The notes under the pieces are model-generated. The model was given only the letters and a program-made list of their open reading frames with translations, searched no databases and was not told the DNA's origin. The position numbers were made by a program, and so were the translations under genes. This document shows positions 1 through 13,999 of a DNA stretch of 64,000 nt, piece after piece (within the stretch, counting starts at the first letter, position 1; each line of letters opens with the position of its first letter). The stretch lies in NCBI RefSeq assembly GCF_009914755.1, contig NC_060930.1; one strand, given 5' to 3'. Origin of the DNA: the human T2T-CHM13v2.0 reference genome, Homo sapiens.

Positions 1-254
1 AACGCCTGTGCAGGGAGGCACACAGACCATTACTGGGTCACAGCAGGAGTAATATGAATACTTAAAGAGCACTTTGAAAAGAAATAATGTACAAATTCAT
101 TAATTAATCTCATATCCTGTAATTTCTGTGCCTTTTCACTTTCTCTGCCTTTTTACTAAAAACAAAAGAAAACAAAACAAAAAGCACATGCTGTGTCTTG
201 TCCTCACTCCATGACCACAAAGTATGACTAACTACTGTCTTCCTTTCAGAGCAT

Positions 255-400
255 TTTTCTATAAATATGGGAATACTAACTACTACCTCATAAAATCGTT
301 AAGAATATTTAAAAATACAATTCATGTAAAGCACTTAGAACTTCAGCTGGCAAGATAAAAGTCCCAATAAATGTTAGCTGCTGTTGTTTTTTATCATTAT
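255..400 (+). mobile_element. MIR SINE, 3' half
   Basis: 'actacctcata...catgtaaagcacttagaac...caataaatgttagct' matches the MIR core/3' end. Confidence 0.75.
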
Positions 401-403
401 TAT

Positions 404-883
404 TGAGAACCAAAGCTATACAGCCCAATGTATATATTAACATGACTTTACTCTTACAAGAAACTCTTGCCCAAGAAGATGAAAAGGCAAATAATTGTAT
501 TTTTTGTTTATTTCAAGAAATTCCACCAAATCCATATATCCAAACTTTCAACTATGCTTTCATCATCTCATTTCTCATAACAGATCATGCAACCAGGCTT
601 ATCAAGAGATGACTTACCTTTCTACACTCATTCAAAATCCTTGCCTCACTGTGTCCATCAATTTTATACTATTATGTCACAAACTCTAGTCAATCCAGTT
701 AAGTTCTCTGCATTGAAAGACCTGCCTGTCTTAAACCAGCACCCCAAAACCTCATAAATGCCCTGGCTTTCACCTCTACCCTAAGAAGATTTACTAAGAT
801 TTCAACAAGATATTGATCTTCCTTACTGGGTTAAGAATAAATGCAGTTTTCTTTATTTTGGTGGTCTTTTTAGTGAGTTGGCA
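404..883 (+). mobile_element. Possible ancient ERV LTR, family unresolved
   Basis: AATAAA followed by 'tttggtggtct...ttggca' resembles an LTR 3' end; very decayed. Confidence 0.3.
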
Positions 884-928
884 GTTGACATTATTATTAT
901 TGTTATGTCTGTCTTTCAACTTCATAAT

Positions 929-1470
929 CCCATGGTTACCAACTTTTTACCCAAGGGGCACTGGGACTCTGTAATGAACTCACAGGGTGCGCCAATATAT
1001 TTTACATTTTTTAGGAAGACACAATTCCTGACATCTGTCAGACACTGCAAGACTACTTTAACATTAGATGGCTAGGTTCCTTTCCAAATATCATATCTTT
1101 CTGAAACAGGATTTTTCATGGTTGCTGGGATAAAAATCAAGTACAGCATGAAAGTCACTGTGGAAAGAAAACCAAGGGTAGCAGTGATATCAGTATTTGA
1201 TCAATTGTAAAGTGTTCAACAGGCACACACATCCCATTGATAAGGAATCCTAGTTATTTCAGAAATAAATTTACAGGTTTTCTTCTCTTAATTTAAACAT
1301 ATTGTTTATTCAAATGGCTACTAAGTTGTTAGGACTTAAATACTGATTTATTTAGAACTAGCTACTTAATAAGTGAAACTATTGGCTTTTTCTTTTGGAC
1401 TAAGGGCACTGTGAAAAAATAATGACTAACCCTAAGGGCACCAGGAACAAAGAAAGTTTAGAAAGTTCTG
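929..1470. mobile_element. hAT-Charlie non-autonomous DNA transposon relic
   Basis: 'caacaggcacacacatcccatt', repeated 'taagggcac' and a decayed terminal inverted repeat 'agaaagtttagaaagttctg'. Confidence 0.6.
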
Positions 1471-1682
1471 CACTAAAGTATTCTTTACACAAACTGTGAC
1501 ATTTAAAATTTAAAGACTCCTTAACTCCATGGCAAAATTGCCCTTGTGGATCTGTCCATTCTTCAGCCCTACTGATCTCTCTATGGGATTCATCCTTCCT
1601 TAGAATGTCCTCATATGACAGTCTGTATTCCCAGAACTTCCACCATACCCTGCTGAAAGTTCCCATTTTTTGTTATTGGGAA

Positions 1683-2026
1683 TGTTTTCTTAATTTGTTC
1701 TTCCTGCTATAACAAAATATCTTATAGTGGATAATTTAATTCACAAAGAACAGAAGTTTATTTCTTACAGTTTTGGAGGGTGGGAAGCCCTAGATCAAGG
1801 TACGGTAGGTTCAGTGTCCGTTGAGGACCCAGTTTATGCTTCCAAGATGGCACCTTGAATACTGTGTTCTCACATGGTAGGGGAGATGGACGGGCCAAAT
1901 TCACCCTTTAAAGCTTTTTCATAAGGCCTCATCACCTTTTGAAGGCCTCGCCTCTTAGTAATGTTACACTGGGATTTAAATTTCAACCTGAATTTTGTAG
2001 GGGACATAAACATTCAAACCATAGCA
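1683..2026 (-). mobile_element. ERVL-MaLR solo LTR (MSTD/MLT1A-like)
   Basis: 'tgctataacaaaata...tcttacagttttggagg...ccaagatggcacctt...cattcaaaccatagca'. Confidence 0.85.
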
Positions 2027-2080
2027 GAGATTTAATTTATGTATACTAAAGATGAAGTTGCCTCTATCTCAGCTAACTTA

Positions 2081-2150
2081 ATTCATTCACTTAAAAAATA
2101 GTTATTGAATGCCTAATATGTGCCAGAGATTGCTCTGGGACTAAAGACAC
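2081..2150 (-). mobile_element. L2 3' end fragment
   Basis: 'attcattcac...ttattgaatgcctaatatgtgccag'. Confidence 0.55.
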
Positions 2151-2715
2151 ACTGGTTAGAAAATTTATTAAATTAATAGTTTTAATGCTCCAGCAGCTCA
2201 TTTATAATTAGCTAACCATTTCCAACCATAAATGCATACTTGAGTAAAATTATTTTTACAGTTGATGGCAGAATTTTCAGCAAAGGACATGGAGACACAC
2301 CAATTATTCTGCCCACATTAAATTTAGACCAGGAGTAGGGTTGGTTATTAAACCTTCAAATTTATTATTCAAGCTTTGAGAGAAGCAAACACATGAATGA
2401 CCAATTTTATTTTGTCCCAGTTTTCTGCTTCACTTCATACACATTTCAAGAATTTCATTGAAATGATCCATTTTTTCCCTAGAATCTAAAATCAGTTCCA
2501 GATCATCCAGTTCCTTGATCAGGAAATAATTGTCCCTGTGAGCCGAGCTAATACTTTCCTGCTGTAGTTCAAATTTATTTTACTAAGACACTCCTGGATT
2601 ACAAGTTCAAATTATCTTTGATATTATAATGATTTGAACATATTTTGAATTATATTCTGAATTTTTCTTTTTCCACATACAAAAATTTAGACAGTATATA
2701 GATTTGTTTTGTTTT

Positions 2716-2956
2716 GTTATTTTATTATTATCATACTTTAAGTTTTAGGGTACATGTGCACAATATGCAGGTTACATATGTATACATGTGCCATGCTGGT
2801 GTGCTGCACTCATTAACTCGTCATTTAGCATTAGGTATATCTCCTAATGCTATCCCTCCCCCCTCCCCCCACCCCACAACAGTCCCCAGAGTGTGATGTT
2901 CCCCTTCCTGTGACCATGTGTTCTCATTGTTCAATTCCCACCTATGAGTGAGAATA
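2716..2956 (-). mobile_element. L1PA3/4-like 3' UTR, strongly 5'-truncated (~240 bp)
   Basis: Near-consensus young L1 3' UTR with T-rich tail and 'ccctcccccctccccccacccc'. Confidence 0.92.
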
Positions 2957-4803
2957 TAGTTTTTAAACTTTACAGAGAACTACATTTTACTAATTAATAA
3001 CAGTCTAGTAAAGATGCAAGTAAGTTTTATTCCTGCATGGAGATCCTAATTGCTTTGTCTATATTCCACTTTCCTTGTAACAAATTCAGAGAAAGAGGAG
3101 CCTTCAAGATTATATTTCATTTACCACCCCCCAAGAAAAATAAAAAGAAAATAATTCAGAGCCTTTATACCAGGGGGGGCTGCTTTGGCTTGACAATAAG
3201 TCAATACAGGCAGTTTGTCAAACTCCAATAAGCAAATTAATGCCTTGTCTGATCTATAGGACAAGCACATATGTGAAGTAGAATTATCATTATAATTTTA
3301 AAAGAAAACTAGAATGGGGAAAAATACTACTCACTATGAAAGCCTTAAAAAAAAGAAAAACAAAAAAAAAACCCTGCTCTCTTTTCACTCTTTTTGAACA
3401 TTACTTTCAAGTAGGGAAAGGGGTCACCGAAACACCTTCAGTTTTTTAAAAGCCAGGCCAGGGAAAGACAAAGCCAGTAACTTTTAGGGTCCACCTTTCT
3501 TCCTCACCCCAAATTGTACCCCAGATGTACAATCAGAGAACAACACAGCAGCAGGAAAGAGGGTTTCCAAACCAGCAACCCCTGGTGACAATAAATGCTT
3601 CTCGTTTCCTCAGGGAAGCTCAGAATGGAAAGCTTCAGCAAATGGACCCATTTTAAGTCCGAAGGACCAGTGTCTGCTAGTTTAAGGCAAGAATAACTCA
3701 ATATGAAATTCTGCCTGAATGAAGCCCTAAAATCTTTAGGGACAAATTTGCAGAACCAGATATTGAATGTGCACTTCTGTCTCCTTGCTTAGCAACATGC
3801 CCTGCAAGCAGAACACACAATCACATGGCAAGAAGAGGCTTGGATGATGAAAAGTCTGCTTTTCTCAATTTTTCCAATGTATTCAAGTCCTGAAGGCTTA
3901 CCTTAAAAATCATTAGTGTCAAAGAAAATTAATAATAATGTGCACCCAGGGTTGATTCTAGACCATTTTAAAGTCAGCTATTTTCATTCCCAGCATACTA
4001 GCTCTCTCCTTTCAAAGACTTTCCCGGCACAGCTCTCCCTACTTAGACTCACTCTTGTCTCTTCCTCTGCCCACTCCTTTCCTCACCATCATCCAAACCC
4101 ACCAGTTCCTACCTTCATATAAATCCAAGCCACTTTGCTACTCCTTCCAGGGATTTTTGAGTTAAATGGCATCTCCAAAAATGGAGTAAATGGCTGTGAC
4201 CCCCACTGATGAAATGATAGACATAAATGAAAGAGGTAAGAGAATTATTGAAATTACCTTTTGGCCAACACCTTATAAAAACAAAGACTTCAAAATATGC
4301 TTTCTGTTTTTATCCTCAGGGGACTCTGTAATGGAGCAACTATTTTTGATAAATTTTCTTAACCTCAACATTTCTTTCTGTATCTTCATATAAATTTGCA
4401 AATATTCAAGATGTTATTTTTTTAAAAACCCTGGACCTTCCAGAACCTAGGTTCACTTCAACCTTACTCTGGAGCTGCCTTTGGCAGACAGTACATGCCC
4501 AAAGGGTATGCTGATTAAATTGCATTTGAGCTGGAGTGTGCAACCCAGGTTCCGATTGCTAGATAGCATTTTGGCTAACTCCATCTGTCCAGAAACTTAT
4601 TGCAAAGCCAGGGACTGCGACTGGTATAGTAAGACAGTAAGACAATGCAGTTTGAAAACTAGTTTAGCCTCTGCTATGTGCCCAACAATTTACGTGCAAA
4701 AAAACTTAGAAGATCCCCTAGCAAAAGATATCAAATACATGTTACTATTGAACAGAAAGGTATGCCTTTATTCAGAGCATACTCATGTTTTATTTGCTTT
4801 TCA

Positions 4804-7800
4804 TTTTTTTTTCTGAACTTTGATTTTAGGTTTGGGGGTACATGCCTAGGTTTGTTACATGGGTAAATTGCATGTCACTGGGGTTTGGTGTACAAATGGT
4901 TTCATCACTCAGGTAGTGAGCACAGTAATAGTATCCAACAGGTAGCTTTTCGACCCTCACCTTCCTCCTACACTCCCTCATCAGGTAGGTACCAGTGTCT
5001 ATTGTTTCCTTTGTGTCCATGTATACTCAATGTTTAGCTCCCACTTAGGAGAACACGTGGTATTTGTTTTTCTGTTCCTTAGGATAATGGCCTCCAGCTG
5101 CATCCATGTTGCTGCAAAGAACATAATTATTTTTTCTGGCTTTGTAGTATTCCATGATATATATGTACCACATTTTCTTTGTCCAGCTCACCAGTGATGC
5201 ACATCTAGGTTAACTCCATGTCCTTGTTATTGTGAAAAGTGTTGTGATGAACATATGCATGCATGTGTCTTTATGTTAGAACAATTCATATTCCTTTCGG
5301 TGTATACCCAGCAATGGAACTGCTGGGTTGAATAACAGTTGTTTTAAGTTCTTTAAGAAATCTCCAAGCTGCTTTCCACAGTGGCTGAACTAATTTACAG
5401 TCAGCAGTGTAAAAGCATTCCTTTTTCTCTGCAACCACACCAACAACTATTATTTTTTGACTTTTTAGTAACAGCCACTCTGGTGTAAGATGGTATCTCA
5501 TTGTGGTTTTGATTTGCATTTCCCTAATGATTAGTAATTTTGAGCATTTTTTCACATGCTTGTTGGCCGCATGTATGTCTTCTTTTGAGAAACATCTGTT
5601 TATGTGCTTTGCCCATTTTTTAATTGGGTTGTATGTTCTTTGCTTAAGTTCCTTACAGATTCTGGATATTAGACCTTTGTCAGATGCATACTTTGCAAAT
5701 ATTTTCTCCCGTTCTTTAGCTTGTCTGTTTACTCTGTTGATAGTTTATTTTGCTGTGCACAAGCTTTTTAATTAGGTCACCCTTATCAATTTTTGTTTTT
5801 GTTGCAATTGTTTATGGAGACTTCATCATAAAATCTTTGCCAAGGCCTATGTCCAGAATGGTATGTCCTGCATTTCCTTCTAGGGTTTCTATAGTTTTAG
5901 GCTATAAAGCCTTTACATTTTAAGGCTTTAATCGATTTTGAGTTAATTTTTATATGGTAAAAGGTAGGTGTCTAGTTTCAGTGTTCTGCATGTGACTAGA
6001 CAGTTATCCCAGAGCCATTTATTGAATAGAGTCCTTTTCCCATTGCTTGTTATTGTCAACTTTGTTGATGATCAGATGGTTACAGAGGTATGCAGCTTTA
6101 CTTCTGGATCCTTGAACCTGTTCAATTGGTCTATGTATCTATTTTTTTGGTACCAGTACCACGCTATTTCGGTTACTATAGCCTAGTAGTATAATTTGAA
6201 GTTGAGTAGTAAAATGTCTCAAGCTTTTCTCTTTTTGCTTAGGATGGCTCTGGCTATTCAGGTGCTTTCTTCTTGTGGCTAATGTGAATGGAATTGTGTT
6301 CTTGATTTGGGTCTCAGCTTGGACATTACTAGTGTTCAAGTATTACATTAGCATTATAGAAATGCTACTGATTTTTTGTACATTGATTTTGTATCCTGCA
6401 ACTTTACCAGAGTTGTTTGTCAGATCTAGGAACCTTTGGGCAGAGACTATGTGGTTTTCTAGGTGTGGAAGCATATCATCTCTGAAGAGAGAGAGTTTGA
6501 CTTCCTCTATTCCTATTTGGATGGCTTTTCTTTCTTTCTCTTGCCTATTGCTCTGTCTAGGACTTCCAGCACTGTGTCGAACAGGAGTGGTGGTAGTGGA
6601 CAACCTTGTGTTGTTCCAGTTCTCAGGGGGAAGCTTCCAGTTTTTGCCTGTTCAGTCTGACATTGGCTGTGGGTTTCTGACAGATGGCTCTTATAATTTT
6701 GTGGTATGTTCCTGTGATGACCAGTTTATTGAGGGTTTTTATCATAAAGGGATGTTGAATTTTATCAAGACTTTTATGCTTCCATTGAGATGATCATGTG
6801 GTTTTTGTTTTTAGTTCTGTTTATGTGATGCATTATATCTGTTGATTTGTATATATTGAACCAACCTTGTATCCCAGGAATAAGTCCGTCTTAGTCATAG
6901 GAGATTAGGTTTTGTTGGGCTGCTAGATTTGGTTTTTGATATTTTATTGAGGATTTTTTGCATCTATGTTCTTCAGGGATGCTAACCTGAAGTTTTCTTT
7001 TTTCATTGTGTCTCTGACAAGTTTGGGTATCAGAATGATGCTTGCCTCAAAGAGTGATTTAGGGAGGAGTACCTTCTCCCCAGTTTTTTGTAATAATTTC
7101 TGTAGGTTTGGTATGAACTCTTCTTCATACATCTGGTAGAAATTGGCTTGAATCTGTCTGGTCCAGGGCTTCTTTGGTTGGTAGGATTTTTATTACTGAT
7201 TCAATTTTAGAACTCATTATTGGTCTGTTCATGATTTCAATTTCTTCCTGGTTCAATCTTAAGAGGTTGTATGTTTCCAGGAATATATCCATTTCTTCCA
7301 GGTTTTCTAGTTTATGTGCATATAGGTATTCATAATAGTCTCTGAGGGTTTCGTGTGTTTCTGTGGGGTAAGTTGTAACGTCACCTTTGTCATTTCTGAG
7401 TGTGTTCATTTGGATCTTCTCTATTTATTAATCTAGCTAGCCATCGATCAGTATTGCTTATTCTTTGGAAGGACCAACTTTTGGTTTGATTTTTGTATAG
7501 ATTTTCACATCTCAATTCCAATCAGTTGACCTCTGATTTGGTTATTTCTTTTCTTCTGGTAGTTTGGGGTTGGTTTTCTCTCACTTTTCTTGTTCCTCTA
7601 GGTGTGATGTTAGTTTGCTAATTTTAGATCTTTCTAATGTCTTGATGTAGGTGATTAGTATTATAAACTTTCCATTTACCTTTTAACACTGCTTTAGCTG
7701 TGTCCCAGAGATTCTGGTACGTTGTATCTTTTTTATTTTCAATAGTTTCAATGAACATTTTATTTCTGCCTTAATTTCATTCTTTACCCAAAAGTCATCC

Positions 7801-10800
7801 AGGAGCAGGTTGCTTAATTTCCACGTAATTGCACAGTTTTGAGAAATCATCTTGGTATTGATTTCTCAATATTCTTGGTATTTTTATTGTGCTGTGTTCC
7901 AAGCAGCTGGTTGGTATGATTTCATTTTTTTAATTTTTTTAGAAAATTGCTTTATGGCAGATTGTGTGGTCAGTCTTAGAGTATGTACCAGGTACAGGCA
8001 AGAAAAGTGTATATTCTGTTGTTGGGTGGAATATTCTGTAGATGTCTGCTAGGTTCATTTTGTCAAGTGCCAACTTCCAATAGGTCCCAGATATCTATGT
8101 TAGTTTTCTGCCTTAATGATGTGTCTAACACTGTCAGTAAGGTGTTAAGTCTCCCACAATTATTGTGTGGTTATCTAAGTCTCTTTATAGGTCTCTAAGA
8201 ATTTGTTTTATGTGGCCCAATGTTGGCTGCCTAAATATTTAGGATAGTTAAGTCTTCTTATTGAATTGCACCCTTTATCATTACGTAATGCCCTTCTTTG
8301 TCCTTTTTGATTGTCACTGGTTTAAAATCTGTTTTGTCTGAAATAAGCATAGCATCTTCTCTTTCTTGTTCTCTGTTTGCTTAATATTTCTCCATGCCTT
8401 TATTTTGAGCCTATGATTATCACTGCATGTGAGATGGGTCTCTTGAATATGGCTTATGGTTGGGTCTTGTGTCTTTATCTAACTTTCCACTCTATGTCTT
8501 TTAAGTGGGGACATTTATCCCATTTACATTCAAGGTCAATGTTGATATATGAGGATTTGATCCTGTCATTGTATTGTTAGCTGGTTGTTATGTAGACTTG
8601 ATTGTATAGCAGCTTTATAGTGTCAGTTGGCTATGTTCTTAAGTGTGTTCTTGTGGTGGGTAGTATTGGTCTTTTGTTTCCATGTTTAGCAATCCTTTAG
8701 AACCTCTTGTAAGGCACGTCTGGTAGTAACAAATTCCCTTAGCATTTGCTTCTCTGAAAAGGATTGTGTTTTTACTTCACTTATAAAGTTTAGTTTGGCT
8801 GTATATGAAATTCTTGGTAGAAATTTCTTTTGCTTAATAATGCAGTATATAGCCCCCTTCCCTCATTTCTTCTAGCTTGCTAAGTTTCTACTGAAATGTC
8901 CACTGTTAGCCTGATGGGGTTCCCTTTGTAGGTGGCCTGCCACTTATCTCTAGCTGCTTTTTTTTTCTTATACATTGACCTTGCAGAATCTGATGACCAT
9001 GTGTCTTGGGGATGATTGTCCTGTATAGTATCTCACAGGTGTTCTTTTAATTTTCATGTTGACCTCTCTAATAGCGGAGATCAACATGAAAATGAATAAT
9101 GAGATTTTCAGGGACAATATTCTCAAATATATTTTCCAATTTGCTTCCTCTCTCTCCATGTCCTTCAGAAATGCCAATGAGTCATAACTTTGGTCTCTTT
9201 ACATAATTCCATATTTCTCAGTTCATTTTTAAATATTTTTTTTTATTTTTGTCTTCTTGTGTTTGTTCAAAGGAACAGTCTTCAAACTCTAAGATTCTTT
9301 CCTCAGCTTGATCTATTCTGTTATTAATGCATCCAGTTGCATTCTGAAGTTCCTGTAGTATGTTTTTGTCAAGATGTTCAGTTGGGTTCTTAAAATGCTT
9401 CTGTTATCTTTCAACTGTTGGATCATTTTACTGCTTTCCTTGGACTGGATTTCAATCTCCTCCTGTATCTCATTGAGCTTCCTTGTCAACCAAATTCTGA
9501 ATTCTATATCTCTTATTTTAGCCATTTCAATCTGGTTAAGAACCATTTCTGGGGAGATAGTATGGTCATTTGGAGGTAAAAAGACACTATGTTTTCAGAG
9601 TTGCCAGAATTCTTGTGCTGGTTCTTTCTCATCTGTGTGGGCTGAGTTACTTTAATCTTTAAAGTTGCTGTCCTTTGGATGGGGCTTCTTGCTTTTATGT
9701 TCTTTGATGTCCTTAAGAAGTTGATTGTGATATAAGTTGGGTTTAGTCAACTGGCTTCATTTATGGATGCTTTAAGGGAACCAGGGCTTAGACCAGCACT
9801 CCTGGGCTGCCTACTCTAACCCTGAAGTGCTAGGACCAGGCCCACAGCTTTGTTCTCTGGCCCCTCAGGGTCAAGCTCCTGCTGTGCTATAGAGGCCAAG
9901 GTATTCTCAGTCCACTGGCAACAGCACTCTGACAGGGGCTGCTGGCATATGCTCTGCAGCTGGGCAGTGGGGGAGTCGTGGGAGACTGCTGCAGCAGGGG
10001 GGCCACAGGCAAGTGCCCCCACATGCATGCATGACAGCTGGGTGGCAATGAGTCCATGCATGTGTGCTTGCCAGTGGGGCAGTGGTGGGTCCCTGCACAT
10101 GTGCACACTGGTGAGGCAGCAGGTCTCCATGTGCATGTGCACCATGGAGGCCACGAAGGGATACTGCAGGGTGGCAAGTGCATACTGGCAGGGGAAAACT
10201 GCAGGTGGGTATGCACCCAGCAGAGGTTCATCTGTAAAAGTACTCCAATGGGAAGGTGGGAGCTGCTGGTGAAAGAGCCATGGCAGTGGCCACTGGCAAG
10301 AATTTCAGCAAGTGGATGCAGCCAGAGACCCTGGGAGAGTCTGGTTGATGGGGGGCATTCATATCAGACTGGCCCCATCCCATGGGCAGGATAACCCTGC
10401 TCTCTCCATGTCCAGCTGATAACAAAGACTAAAGCCACCAAGTGTCATATGGCAAGACTTGGAGGATGGACATCCGTGGCTATGCTCTACTGCAGCTGTT
10501 TCCACACCAAACACTCTGGGCTCTGTGCAGACTGGAGTTCTGTCTCTGCCAACTCTCCAAGCAGTTCTCCCTGCCAATTCAAATGTTTGTGGGGGCTGTG
10601 GGGTCTCCCACAGCTGGGATCCCAGAGGTTCGTGACAAGAGTGGAATTATTCATGCCTTTTAATTCACCTCTTCCCTAGGAGCTGCTTGGGGACAGGAAT
10701 GAGTCCTGGTGCTCAGCAACCACATGCAGGTTTTCCAGCTTCCTCCTCTTTCAGCCCCTGGGTTCCGTGTCTTCCCTGTATCCACTCTCAATGCCTTCTT

Positions 10801-10890
10801 TCCAAATGTTCAGAGTGTGTCAGTCTACCTGATGGTCTGGTCTCTCTTGGTGGGAGAAGCTCTTCCAGGCTGTATATTTAGCCATCTTCC
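4804..10890 (-). mobile_element. Near-full-length decayed L1 (L1PA15/16-like)
   Basis: Poly-T and 3' UTR at 4804; ORF2 remnants (RT 'SLFRDDM', '[14 protein letters not shown]'); ORF1 remnants ('SSPRHMVIRF', 8968-9546); GC-richer 5' UTR ending 'gccatcttcc'; degenerate TSD catgttttatttgctttt / caggttttagattcactttt. Confidence 0.95.
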
Positions 10891-11390
10891 ATAACCAGGT
10901 TTTAGATTCACTTTTACTATCTCTCAGCCTTAGCACTGTACTCTCATAGAAGGCAAATTCAGCATCAGCTTTAGCTCCTATTAACTAAGGAGAGTCTTCA
11001 AGAAAATGTGAATTGTAATGATGGAATTTAATTCTCCCCAGAGTCTCACACTGGGGTGTGGGAGAAGGGTCAGTCATCACAACCCAGAACCTTTCATAAG
11101 TTTCTGTAAGTTTCCATGTGCTGTTGCAGTAGGACCTCTCATGATCCTATTGAGTGATGAAAAAAACAATAGCAGTTTTTCTCCTGAACTTTGAGAAACA
11201 AAAAGGTGTCATTTATTTGAAATCCAAGGCATTGTCACTTTCCAGAATGAATGATTTGATGATTTAACCCTCTTCTGACTGGTAGGAACAGTAATGGGAA
11301 TTCAGGGCTCCCCGTGGCAGAGTGCACACACTGGAATTTCATTCCTACACACTACCATAGTGAAAGGAAGGCTTTAAATCTGGCTTTAAA

Positions 11391-11912
11391 GTTCCTAGGT
11401 ATAATCTAGAATAATTAAAAACAGAAACTCAAATACTCGTGCACCAATGTTCATAGCACTATTATTCACAAGAGTCAAAAGGTAAAAACAAGCCTAATAT
11501 CCATCAACAAATTAATGAATAAACAAAATCTGATATATTCACACAATGGAATATTATTGATCCATAAAAATAAAGTTCTGACACGTTACCACATATACGA
11601 GCCTTAAAAACATTATGCTATGTAAAATAAGTGAGATGCAGAGATGCGAAGGACAAATATGGTATGATTCCACTTATGTGTGGTGTCTAGAATAGGGAAG
11701 GTTATAGAGACAGAAAGTAGAATAGAGGTTACTTCAGATTGGAGGGAGGATGGAACTGGGAATTAATGTTCAATGGACACACTTTCAGTTTGGAGTAGTG
11801 AAAAGGCTCCACAAATGGATAATGGTGATGGTTGTACAACACTGTAGACGTATTTCATGCTATGGAATTGTGCATTAAAAATGGCTGAAGAGGCAAACTT
11901 CATGTTATGTAT
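11391..11912 (+). mobile_element. L1MB-type 3' end
   Basis: 'atgttcatagcac...cacaatggaatattatt...gagacagaaagtagaatagagg...ggtgatggttgtacaacac'. Confidence 0.88.
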
Positions 11913-13120
11913 ATCTGTGCCTAATGTCTTTAAAAAATAGTGCTTAATGGCTTCAGAGACATCACTCACAGGTGTTTAATTGATCCAAAATGAAGTTTAG
12001 GCAATTGAGTGGTATTAAAGATTTGTTGATGCTAGAATTTTTTTTTTTTGGCCTGGTGTCCATTTTGCATCATATATCATATTTAACATTCTTTCCACTG
12101 CTTAGTTTAGGCCTTAATCATTTACCTCATCTATGCAAAAATTTCTCAGAGGTTTTCCTAATTCCATTCTTTATTCTATTTTGTACAAAACCACAAGTTT
12201 GATGTTCCTATACCCTAACTCTAATCCCTGCCTTAGTCATCTTCCATGATCCCTATCACCTAAATAACAAGTACCTTATAACAATGGACAATTCTCCCCA
12301 CACACTTAGCCTATCACCTAACTATTAACACCAGCCTCCTACTTGTCACAACAATGTTCCTGCCATTCTGGACCACTTGTTGCCCTGCCTTCTCCATTTG
12401 TGCCATTTCTACTATGTGAAAATATCTCCCTGGCCCCCATAGGATGCCCCTTATGATGGCATCAGACTAAGCCTGAAACAGCCATCTCCACAAGAAAGAT
12501 ACCCCTGCCACTTGGCCCTGAGAGGTTTGTTACTGACCAAAGGTCCTCTTCCTGTGAAAAGGTTGGAAGAGCACTACCGTGATATGGGCCATGACTTACC
12601 ATTTTTACATTTTCATTTTAGTCCACCTCCTCAGTTGCTTGGTATCACCTTTGTTCCGATATAACATTATGGTTCAGGTATTGTCATGTGTTTCACTTCT
12701 TTGGGAGTTAGCTTAACTGTCTCCTTAGCTGGCTTTATTTTTGTTCCAACGTATTAGGGACTGATTTTCAGTTTCACTTTCTGAGGGCAGCTGTACTCAT
12801 GCAGCTCACCATCACATATCCAGTGCAGCATGCTACCCCATTCAATCTTTAGTAAATTCTTTTATATGGGTTATCCTAGATTATTAGCCTTATGGAACAC
12901 TTCAGGTTATTTCTTTCCCCATTCTAGTACCTCTGGGAAGAGCTAAAATATAGAATATTGCCTCGATATTAAGAAATTTGTTATTAGAAAAACATACCTA
13001 TCTATATCTATATATGTGTACATATAGATATATAGAGAACAAAAAATTTATTGATTACTAAATAGACATTGAGAATAGATTCTTTAGCACTTATACTTCA
13101 TTGTAACCAACACCAATTTG

Positions 13121-13400
13121 TTTACTCATTCAACAAACATTTTATTATGCACCTGTTAGGCATTGTTCTAGATTTGGGGAAATAGAAATAATTATAACAA
13201 GTTTCCTGCTCTCAATGAACCCATGATAGCAGAAGAGGTAGAGATATAAAGAAAGACATATAATTCAGTGTTTTAACTGTAGCAACAGAGTTATACACAA
13301 AATACTGGCTGGAGTGAAGATTAGTAAACAAAACCTAGTCTGAGAATTTATGGAAGTTCTCTCAGAGACCTTAATTCAAAAGCTGAATCTTCAAGAATAG
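13121..13400 (-). mobile_element. L2 3' fragment
   Basis: 'ctcattcaacaaacatttt...cctgctctcaatgaac'. Confidence 0.7.
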
Positions 13401-13999
13401 TAATATAACATAAAGAATCAATTCAAGCCTAATATTAATTAAAAAGAACTCTAAATATTAGGGTAGAAACATACCCTACCCTAGTCTCTGCCCAGGGACT
13501 TTACAGCAGAATAGGTTTTCATGGAGGGCTCCATGTTTTCTCCATTTTCAACTGATTGATCTTTTGGGCTTGAAAGACATGTATTTAAGTTCATTTCCCT
13601 ATCACCAACAGTGAGGATAGAAAAGCAAGAGTGCACATTTCCAGTATGTAAAATCTAAATAATTTAGGGCTCACATGTCTGACTTGGAGGCACCATAAAA
13701 TTTGACCATGGTCTATTTGGAAGGGACAAGGCAGTGCCCTGGAAAAAATAATAAAAATCTCTCCTAATGTTCAATTTCACTAAATGGCTTTTCATAATGG
13801 GAAGGGTTAGCCATTGGGGTAAAACTGAAGCAGCATTTTGATGAAACTTTTGTGACTATTTCTTGGTCTATGTCATGCCTAAATTTGAATTTCTCTGACA
13901 TTTAGGTCATGCAGAGCATCATGTGGCTACTATAATCTTCTCATATAATCTACTTTAAAATCCCATGTGACTTATTTTCTATTCTTTTAAATTACCCCC

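Noticed and set aside
9816-10894. Overlapping Cys/His-rich ORFs and catgca repeats
   Set aside because: CpG-decayed L1 5' UTR; stop-poor by composition
13003-13032. 11-bp-stem palindrome
   Set aside because: Low-complexity TA sequence is inherently self-complementary
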